The position numbers were made by a program, and so were the translations under genes. Below the pieces are notes generated by a model. The model worked only from the letters and a program-made list of their open reading frames with translations, searched no databases and had not been told where the DNA came from. Shown piece after piece: positions 43,232-54,598 of a stretch of DNA of 64,000 nt; within the stretch, counting starts at the first letter, position 1, and each line of letters opens with the position of its first letter. Location of the stretch: assembly GCA_951406725.2 (NCBI GenBank), contig OX597827.1:61132001-61196000 (forward strand), read 5' to 3'. The stretch is from Octopus vulgaris. Lineage: Eukaryota.

Positions 43232-43730
43232 TCAGGTGGCACATAAAAAGCACCATTTGAGCATTGAGCCACATGGAGGCAGCGACAGGTGACCAAGACC
43301 TTTAGTGATATACCATGCTTTAAGACTGTGGTCATGGCTGATTCTAGTGTTAGGTCAATGGCACCTGTGTTGGTGGCATGTAAAAATCACCCACTACATT
43401 CTCAGAGTGGTTGGCATTAGGAAGGGCATCCAGCTGTAGAAACCTTGTCAAATCAGATCGGAACCTGGTGCAGCTCCCTGGCTTACTAGTTTTCAGTCAA
43501 ACCATCCGACCCAAGCTAGCATGTTAAACGGACGTTAAATGATGATCATGATGATTTAATGTCCTTTCTTTGCTGGATGAAAATTCTTGAATCAGAAATC
43601 AAGGCGACCAGGTTTTTTTCTTTCAAGTTACTCGGTAATGTTACTAATACCAGTTCATTTTTGCGTAATTTAGACAATATATTCACTGCACCCTGTACAT
43701 ATATAAACACACACACACATATGTATAGAA

Positions 43731-43780
<50 letters not shown>

Positions 43781-44703
43781 TCATCATCGTTTAATGTCCG
43801 TTTTCCATGCTAGCATGGGTTGGATGGTTCGACCAGGGTCTGGGAAGCCAGGAGGCTGCACCAGGCTCCAGTCTGATCTGGCATTGTTTCTACAGCTGGA
43901 TGCTCTTCCTAATGCCAACCACTCCATGAGTGTAGTGGGTGCTTTTTACGTGCCACCAGCACAGGGGCCAGAGGAGGCTGGCAACAGCCACAATTGGTTG
44001 GTGCTTTTTACATGCCACTGGTACAGATGCCAGTCAAGGTGGCGCTGGCATCGGCTATGTTCGGATGGTGCTTTTTATGTGCCGTGTGTGTATGCATAGT
44101 AGTATGCGTGTGAGTATATAGTGAGAGACAGAGATGTATATATGTGTGTATATATACACAAATATATGTATGTATATATATCTGCATGTATATATGCGTG
44201 CACACACACCTGTATATGTGTACTTTGTTTTTGTATTTAGTCTGTTTTATATATATACATATATATACTTACTTACTTACTTGTATACCCATGTTTTTCT
44301 GCAGTGCTATATCCAAATTAAAGACTTGGAATTGGCCTACAAAATCGATGAATTCCTCCACTGTGGTTCTAACTACAAATTCCTTGGTGATGCCTTCAAG
44401 GAAGGAATCTATTAGTGAGTAGTAAATTTAATATACATACAATCATTGCTTTCAATTAACCAAAATAACTACCCTGCCTCCTACGACACATACGCACATT
44501 CATTAAATCACTAACTTCTTTATATTATATGGTTGCTATCATCAGGAGTGGCTGTGTGGTAAGTAGCTTGTTTACCAACCACATGGTTCCGGGTTCAGTC
44601 CAACTGTGTGGAACCTTGGGCAAGTGTCTTCTACTGTAGCCTCGGGCCGACCAAAGCCTTGTGAGTGGATTTGGTAGACGGAAACTGAAAGAAGCCCGTC
44701 GTA

Positions 44704-44749
<46 letters not shown>

Positions 44750-45581
44750 TGTGTGTGTTTGTGTGTCTGTGTTTGTCCCCCTAGCATTGCTTGACAACCG
44801 ATGCTGGTGTGTTTATGTCCCCGTTACTTAGTGGTTTGGCAAAAGAGACCGATAGAATAAGTACTGGGCTTACAAAAGAATAAGTCCTGGGGTCGAGTTG
44901 CTCAATTAAAGGCGGTGCTCCAGTAAAAGAGTAAAAGAGAGTAAAGAGTATCATCATTTAATGTCTGGTGTCCATGCTGGCATGGTTTGGACGGTGTGAC
45001 CTGAGCTGGCAAGCTGAGGGGCTGCACCAGATTCCAGTCTGATCTGGCATGGTTTCTGTGGCTGGATGCCCTTCCTAACACCAACCACTTTACAGAGTGT
45101 GCTGGAAGCTTTTACATGGCACTGTATGGGCGCTTTTACATGTCACAGCACAGGTGCTCCTATGTGGCATTGTCATGAATGCTTTATGCAACCAGAGGGA
45201 TGAGTCTTAACACTTCTGCTCTAGAGTGTGGGTCTTCATGAGTACGCCCAGGCGTCCTTGCCTCAAAGGTTCAGCTTCCTGAGGTTGCTCTTCAGTACTT
45301 CATCCCATGCCTTCCGGGGTCTCCCACTTCCACGAGTTCCATCCACTTTGAGAGATCAGCACTTCTTTATGGAGCTCTCTTTACTCTTTTACTTGTTTCA
45401 GTCATTTGACTGCGGTCATGCTGGAGCACCGCCTTTAGTCGAGCAAATCGACCCCAGGACTTATTCTTTGTAAGCCTAGTACTTATTCTATCGGTCTCTT
45501 TTGCTGAACCGCTAAGTTACGGGGATGTAAACACACCAGCATCAGTTGTCAAGCGATGTTGGGGAGAGGGAACAAACATAT

Positions 45582-45616
<35 letters not shown>

Positions 45617-48600
45617 TGCATATATACAACGGGCTTCTTTCAGTTTCCGTCTACCAAATCCACTCACAAGGCTTTGGTCGGCCCGAGGCTATAGTAGAAG
45701 ACACTTGCCCAAGGTACCATGCAGTGGGATTGAACCCAGAACCATGTGGCTGGTAAGCAAGCTACTTACCACACAGCCACTCCTGTGGCCAGCAGGAGCT
45801 GTCAGCATCCATTTACATACTGTCTAGAAATAGTGAGCAGATTTTCTTCCTGCTGTATTAAATATGGAATGACAAATTTGAGTGCATAGCCTGAAATAGA
45901 ATACTTATCTTTCACTTGCAAGTCAGGCCACCTCACCATTACCACCACTACCACACATGCACATATGTACATATACACAGATATACACCACTTATATCCC
46001 CACCTCCAACATGTTTATACTTATATATGTATATACACACACATTTATACATTTAAATTTATTTCAGTTCGTTCTTTTTCCGCCTAATTTGTCAATTTGA
46101 GACTCTGGAGAAAATCATGTACTACTATGACTTGTTCGCCCCAAATGTAAGTAAGCCACTCCACCTTTCTTTATCAACCACTTTGTTTTGATTATTTTAA
46201 ACTATCTATAACTCGGACTTACAGATTGGGTTGTAGTGACACTGTTGCGGGTTGTGGTGGTGTTTTCTTTCTGTTGGCTAATGTTGGTGTCATGTAACCG
46301 GCACCTTTTGAGTGTTGGCTGGCCTCATGGAAGCAGTGTGGCCGATGCTGGTGTCACATAACTAGCATCCATGCCAGTGTCATGTGCTGAGACCCCCTTC
46401 GGTCATGACTGACTATGAAATTGCACCTAGAAAGTTACCCTCCCAGGCACAAGTCCGGGCAAGGTTGTTTATGGAAGACCAGCAGTCGCCCATGCATACC
46501 GGCCTCCCCTCTCCACACCACCAGTGTTATCCAAGGGAAAGGCATAGGGCTGATACAGCTTGGCACCAGTGATGTTGCAACTCATTTCTACAGCTGAGTT
46601 AACTGGAGCAATGTGAAATAAAGTGTCTTGCTCAAGAACACAACACTCAGCCCAGTCTGGGATTCAAACTCGATGCTCTAACCACTGAGCCATGCACCTT
46701 CACAGTGTCATGTAGAAAGCACCTTTTGAGCATTGGGCCTCACGGAGGCAATGAAAAATTACTGAGAACTTGGCAATATACTATACTTGAGAAGAAGACC
46801 CATTAAACCAAGTGAAATTGTTGTCATGGCAGATACTATTGTTGTGCAACTGGCACATAGAAGCACCCATTACACTCTCAGAGTATTGTCCTTGCATTGG
46901 CCTATGTTATGATTATATATATTTTGACTGCTGTGCTTAAAGGTGTTATTTAGGTAATATGAATTAAGTTTATGCTTAGTAGATGAGGCAACAATAGATT
47001 CTATATTGGGTGGAGAGGAGTAGGATAATTTCAGAGTAGTACTGTGCCATGCAGTAAGACTGAACCTGGAACCACTTGGTTGGGAAGCAAGCTTCTTACT
47101 ACACAGCCGCACTTTCGCCTATACACACACATGCATGCACACATGATGGGCTTTCAGTTACCATCCACTAAATCCGATCAGAAGGCTTTGTTTGACCTAA
47201 GGCTATAGTAGAAGATACGTGTCCAATGTGCCATGTGTTTGGGAAGAACACTTTTTAACCACACAGCCATGAGGGCCATGCCTGCAGGTTATTATTAAAC
47301 TTGTGTTTGGAACATAAATTGATAAATACCGTAAATCCTCGAGTATAATCTGCATTTTTTTCCCAAAATTTAAAGGTCAAAATCCCTAGTGCGTACTATA
47401 TATGAGGTTAAAAATGAAAATTATTTTCTAAGCAACATCCGAGTCTCTATTTGCTGTCCGGCAATGTTTATTCAGATCCATTTTGTGATGTTGGGTGCGA
47501 AAATACCTTAAGCTAAGCCTGAAAGCAATGAAGTCATAAAAAAATCATCCATAACTTGCAATAAGCAACATTTACTAAATGTTATTAGTGTTATTTCTTT
47601 ATTTTCTGCAAACAACATGCACAAAAAAGCTACACGTTTGCATTATGTTATATATACAATAGTAAAAAAGTACGTTACCATATACAGTTTTACAAACCAA
47701 GGACGTTAGATAGACCTCCTTGACTCAAGTTAGAGAAGGGGTACGTATTATACACAAGGTTTAGGTTTTTCAGAGGTACAGCCCCCTAAAAATCCACTGC
47801 GTATTATACTCAAGGGTGGACTATACTCGAGGATTTACGGTATAAATTAACATGAAATATTAATTTATATAATCCATATATGTTTTCTTTGCTGTAGATG
47901 TGGACACCAAACACTTTGGCACTGTCTGAACTGTTGAAGGCAATTCAACTTCATGATGGCCAAGAACATCTTCCTCGAATATGGTCTGGTAAGTATGAGA
48001 CCTCGCATGTCTTTCCACTTGTCTGAGTGTCATCACCGTTGTCGTTGTCACTTGTTCTGGTCCTTTGTCGTCTCCTTTGTGAAATTCCCCACCCTTCTGA
48101 AATTGAGATCCTCCTCTCCATCCCATGCCTTCTTCAGTTTTCTTTCTCTGTAGGTTATTTATATTGAGATTGCTTGGACACTTTCATCAGCTGTGTGTGC
48201 ATATGTGTATCTGTATATAAAAATATGTATGAGAAATTGCAATAAACACAAGTTCATATTATTTGTATGTATATATATAAATATATAATAATAATAATAT
48301 TAGGGAGCATTATTCCAAACTTACAGGGAAAAATTCAATTTAGTAATACTAAATCAAATTTCACAATAATATATATATATGAATTAGAGAAGAACCACCT
48401 TTTATCAATTCAACAATGAAATAACACTGATATAATTAAATTATACCATATAGGAAAAAAATTAAATATATGATAAAAACATATAGCAATAATTAAGTAA
48501 TGTACAAAATAATAAATAAAAAGTATATAATTGTTAAAAGGACTACACGTGTTTCGTGGCTATATTTTCAAACTGATAACAGTAAAATTAATTCAATTTA

Positions 48601-48920
48601 AATATAGTCACTCTTTAGGTCTTAGATAAAAACAATAAGATTAAATAAATAAATATACGTATATAATCTTGTAAGAAAATATAAATAAATATAAAAATAT
48701 ATAATTTTACAATAAAAATCAAAGAAAATACAATAATATATCATAAAATAAAACACAAAATATCTTAACAAATGCATTCTGATATAAATAAAACTAGAAT
48801 AAATAGGTATAAATATTTATTATATCTATGAGAATAAATTTTAACTTATATAAGAAAAGAATAACAAACTATAATATATCATTACTAGAAAATTAAAATA
48901 CAATTAATTAAAATATTTAA

Positions 48921-48967
<47 letters not shown>

Positions 48968-51900
48968 CAAAATATACATTAAGTGAAAACTAAAATACTA
49001 TAATCTATATACATTAAATTAAATTATTTATTTATTTAATAAACGTCTAAGTTAAATCTTATTCTAATTATAATTATATATAGATATGTATAATATCATC
49101 ATCATCATCATCATCATTTAGCGTCCGTTTTCCATGCTAGCATGGGTTGGACGGTTCTGCTGGGGTCTGTGAAGCCAGAAGGCTTCATCAGGCCCAGTCA
49201 AATCTGGCAGTGTTTCTACGGCTGGATGCCCTTCCTAACGCCAACCACTCCGTGAGTGTAGTGGGTGCTTTTTACGTGCCACCCGCACTGGTGCCAGCCA
49301 GAGCTGGCAAACGGCCACGAACGGATGGTGTTTTTTATGTGCCACCGGCACGAGGGCCAGGCGAGGCTGGCAACGAACACGAAACGGGGCGGTGCTGGCA
49401 ACGGTCGCGAAACGGAAGGTTCTCTTACATGCCACCGGCACTGGTAACACATCTGCAATTTCCATTGATCGATTTCGATTCTGATCCTCACTTGCCTCAA
49501 TGGGTCTTCACAAGCAGAGTTTCGACATGCCACCGGCACTGGTAGCACATCCGCAATTTCCATTGATCGATTTCGATTCTGATCCTCACTTGCCTCAACA
49601 CGTCTTCACAAGTAGAGTTTTGTGTCCCAAGAAGGGAAGGTATGCATACGTAGGCTGGCTCCATCCCATGTAGAAGGCCACGGGTTGTGGACTCACTTGT
49701 CCTGCCGGGTCTTCTCGCGCACAGCACACTTCCAGAGGTCTCGGTCTCTAGTCATTTCCTCGGTGAGACCTAAAGTTCGAAGGTCGTGCTTCACCACCTC
49801 GTCCCAGGTTTTCCTGGGTCTGCCTCTTCCACAGGTTCCCTCAACCGCTAGGGTGTGGCACTTTTTCACACAACTATCTTCATCCATTCTCGCCACATGA
49901 CCATACCAGCGCAAACGTCTCTCTTGCACACCACAACTGATGCTTCTTAGGTCCAGCTTTTCTCTCAAGGTACTTACACTCTGCCGAGTGTGAGTACTGG
50001 CATTACACATCCATCGGAGCATACTGGCTTCATTTCTAGCGAGCTTACGCATATCCTCAGCAGTCACGGCCCATGTTTCACTGCCATGTAGCATGGCTGT
50101 TCGTACACACGCATCATACAGTCTGCCTTTCACTCTGTGCGAGAGGCCTTTTGTCACCAGCAGAGGTAAGAGCTCTCTGAACTTTGCCCAAGCTATTCTT
50201 ACTCTAGCAGTTACACTTTCAGCACACCCGCCCCCGCTGCTGACTTGGTCACCTAGGTAACGGAAACTATCAACTATTTCTAGTTTTTCTCCCTGGAAAG
50301 TGACAGAAGTTGGTCTCAGAGCATTTTCAGTGTTTATTGTTCCTGAGCATCTGCCACATACAAAAACCATCTTCCTAGTTAGCCTTCCTTTGACATTGCT
50401 GCATCTCTTATGTGTCCATAGCTTACACTTGGTGCATCTTATAGAGTTTCTACCTACACCTTTTCTACAGATCGAGCAGGGCCATCTACCTGAAGGTGTT
50501 TGTGATTTGTCTACCTTCCTACTGATTACGACTTTGGTTTTAGCTAGATTGACTCTGAGGCCCTTCGATTCTAATCCTTGTTTCCACACCTGAAACTTCT
50601 CCTCCAGTTCTGATAGCGACTCAGCAATTAGAGCAAGGTCATCAGCATAGAGGAGCTCCCAAGGGCATCCTGTCTTGAATTCCTCCGTTATTGCCTGGAG
50701 GACTATGATAAATAGGAGGGGGCTGAGTACTGAGCCTTGGTGGACCCCTACCTCTACCCGGAATTCTTCACTGTACTCATTTCCAACCCTCACCCTACTA
50801 GCGGCGTCCCTATACATGGCCCGCACAGCTCTCACTAACCATTCATCTATCCCTAGTTTTCTCATTGCCCACCAGATAAGGGATCGGGGGACCCTGTCGA
50901 AGGCTTTCTCCATGTCAACAAAAGCCAGGTACAGGGGCTTATCTTTGGCTAGGTATTTCTCCTGCAGCTGCCTTACCAGGAATATAGCATCAGTAGTACT
51001 TTTCCCTGGCACAAACCCAAACTGCATCTCATCTAAACTAACTCTCTCTAATTAGTTGGGCTATGACCCTCTCCGTAACCTTCATCACCTGGTCCAACAG
51101 CTTGATACCTCTGTAGTTGTTTGTATCTAGGGCATCACCTTTACCTTTGTAGCAGTTGACTATTATACTGCTACACCAGTCATTGGGTATGACCCCTTTG
51201 TGTATCACCTGATTAACTATATGGGTGACTAGGCTATAGCCGACACTACCAGACATTTTGAGCATCTCTGCAGTGATTCCTGATGGGCCTGGGGCTTTCC
51301 CTGTCTTCATGCTTCTAATTGCCTTAGCTACCACAGAACTATCAACTCGGATAGCTGGTCCCTCTGTTGGGTCAACATTCGGCAGACTCTCTTTATCCCA
51401 TTCATTTTCTTCATTCAGCAACCTTTCATAGTGGCATCTCCAAACCTCTCTCTTTGCATCCTCATTTAGCGCAAGTGAACCATCTTCCATGCGAACACAC
51501 TTCTCTCCTACCACATCACGATTCTCTCTCACACACTGTCTTGCAACACGAAACACCTCCAGTCTTTGGTCCTCACGGCGCAGAACATTGGCAAATTTTT
51601 TCTTATCTGCTTCCCCTCTGGCTAAATAAACCTGTCTCCTAGCTTCTCTTTTGGCAGTCTGATACAATTCCCTGCTACCCCCATTTTTCCAGACCTTCCA
51701 AGCCTGTCTCTTTTCTCTAATAGCCCTGTCTACAATATTGTTCCACCACCACGTTATTCTAGGTCGAGAGGGGACTTTTCACCAGCCACAGATCTGGTCA
51801 GTGGCTCTCAGCAGGTTGTCCCTTAGAAACGTCCAGCTGTCTTCTACCCCCTGTGATGCTCTATCCCCTTCTACTTCGTCAGAGGCTTCAAGTAATATGT

Positions 51901-54561
51901 CCCTAAATCTCTGTCCATTTGCAGGATCTTTAAGCTTCCAGATCCTTCTTCTCCATATTTGTCGTCTTCTGGTTGTCCTCCTAGTCCTGATCCTAAAGTC
52001 ACTAACTACCAGTCTATGTTGTGGGGTACATTCTTCACCTGGGAAGGTTTTGGCATTTATAAGCAGCCATCTCTCCCTTTGCCTTGTAAGGATGTAGTCA
52101 ATTTGGCTGGTATGTTGGCCCGATTGGTAAGTGACTAGGTGGCTGGTAGGTTTCCTGAAGTTAGTGTTGCAAATCATAAGATTATTTGCATCGCAGAACT
52201 CCAGCAGCCTGGTTCCCTCCTCGTTGCGGGAGCCATAGCCGTAGCCTCCATGTACGCCATGGAAGCCCCCAGCATGTCGTCCAACGTGACCATTGAAGTC
52301 ACCAGCCACAAAGATAAGGTCTCTGTCGTTCGTCAATGAGGTAGTCTGCAGTAGAGTGTCATAGAATCGGTCTTTCTGTCCATCGGGTAGCCCCGACTGA
52401 GGAGCATAGGCTGATATAATGGTTGCTAAACTATGATGAAGCACTAATCTAATCTTAAGTATTCTGTCACTTACTCTGATTACCTCAATTACTTTATCTA
52501 CCCATTTCTCAGCGATAAGTATACCCACGCCACCAACCCCGTCAGTATTCCCTGCCCAGAAAATCTTGTACCTGCGTTCCTTGCCTGTGAGGAACCTAGC
52601 TGATCCTCCTCTCCACCTTATTTCTTGCATGCAACATATATCCACACATCTCCGTTCAAGCATCTCGACTATCTCACCAGACCTACCTTTCAGAGTGCCA
52701 ACGTTGAGGGTGCCAACCCTGAGGGTGTGGAAGGCATGGGCTCTAGAGACCCTGGGACGGTGGACAGTAGCTTCGTGTACCTGAAAAGAAAGCTCGCATT
52801 TGGCAGAATTCATGTGCAAAAAATGAAGTAGTAAAGTAGCCTTCAGTACAACCTGCATAACGCTAGCCTTTCATATTTTGCACTGTATGAACATTACCTT
52901 ACATAGGTCGAGACTAGGGGTAGGGAGGGGTAGGGATGGTGAGAGCATTTGCAGTCTTCATGGGAAGCAACCCCGGAATGGAAGAGAATAGGAACTTCCG
53001 GCATGCGTGGTGGGGGTGGGAGGGCGGGTGCACCGTAGCTGAGTAAAGAGGTTCTGTTAATCGTGAGCTAGCAAATGGGTTAGTATGAATCGGGAGACAA
53101 TACTAAACGAAAAATTGAAAAATTGAAAAATTGAAAAATTGAAAAATTGAAAAATCAGAGTGGCTATGAACCTGGAGACAAGTCTAAACGAAAAAAATGT
53201 TTGAGCTAGACAGGGTAATGAGGGAATACTGAAAGAATGAGGGACAATACAATGAGATGGAAATTGAAGAATAGAGAAAGAGTAAGGATAAGTGCAAGAA
53301 AGAAGGTAGTCGTAGCGAGGTTGAACGATTCACTTAACTTTTAGCCATTCATGATCTGTGCGTATTCTTTAGATATTTTGAAGCGAGTGGGGTTAACGAT
53401 AAATGCGATCGCTCTTTTATGTATGGCGATGATGGTTTTGGGGAGTGGGGGGGGGGCATAGAGGACCATGGCGATGATGGTTATGGGAAGGGGGGAACAT
53501 AGCGAGAGAGAGATAGGGTTAGTTAGAGAGAGAGGTCAAGGGACACGTGACAATAAGCGGTGTGAGGGAATTTGACTGGGGACGGCATTGTCGATAAATA
53601 AACATTAGATAAATAGGTTTGAAAATCAGAAAAATCAGAGGGAATATCATTATTGATAGCTAATATAACACCGTAGCTGAGTAAAGAGGTTCTGTTAATC
53701 GTGAGCTAGCAAATGGGTTAGTATGAATCGGGAGACAATACTAAACGAAAAATTGAAAAATTGAAAAATTGAAAAATCAGAGTGGCTATGAACCTGGAGA
53801 CAAGTCTAAACGAAAAAAATGTTTGAGCTAGACAGGGTAATGAGGGAATACTGAAAGAATGAGGGACAATACAATGAGATGGAAATTGAAGAATAGAGAA
53901 AGAGTAAGGATAAGTGCAAGAAAGAAGGTAGTCGTAGCGAGGTTGAACGATTCACTTAACTTTTAGCCATTCATGATCTGTGCGTATTCTTTAGATATTT
54001 TGAAGCGAGTGGGGTTAACGATAAATGCGATCGCTCTTTTATGTATGGCGATGATGGTTTTGGGGAGTGGGGGGGGGGCATAGAGGACCATGGCGATGAT
54101 GGTTATGGGAAGGGGGGAACATAGCGAGAGAGAGATAGGGTTAGTTAGAGAGAGAGTCAAGGGACACGTGACAATAAGCGGTGTGAGGGAATTTGACTGG
54201 GGACGGCATTGTCGATAAATAAACATTAGATAAATAGGTTTGATATATATATATATATATATATATGCATATATAAATATATGTGTGTGTGTGATGTATT
54301 TGTATATATGTGTGTGCATATGTATGTGTGTATATAGATGTATTTATATATGTACACACATACACCTTCATCATCATCATTGTTTAACGTCCGTTGTCCA
54401 TGTTGGCATGGGTTAGACAGTTTGATCAGAGCTGGGGAGCTGCACCAGATTCCTGTCTGATTTGGCATGGTTTCTATAGCTGGATGCTCTTCCTAATGCA
54501 AATCACTTTACAGAGTGTGCTGGGTGCTTTTTTGATATATATGTATATATATATATATATG

Positions 54562-54598
<37 letters not shown>

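Noticed and set aside
50300-52831. Plus-strand ORFs overlapping the LINE
   Set aside because: Antisense shadows of the LINE coding frame.
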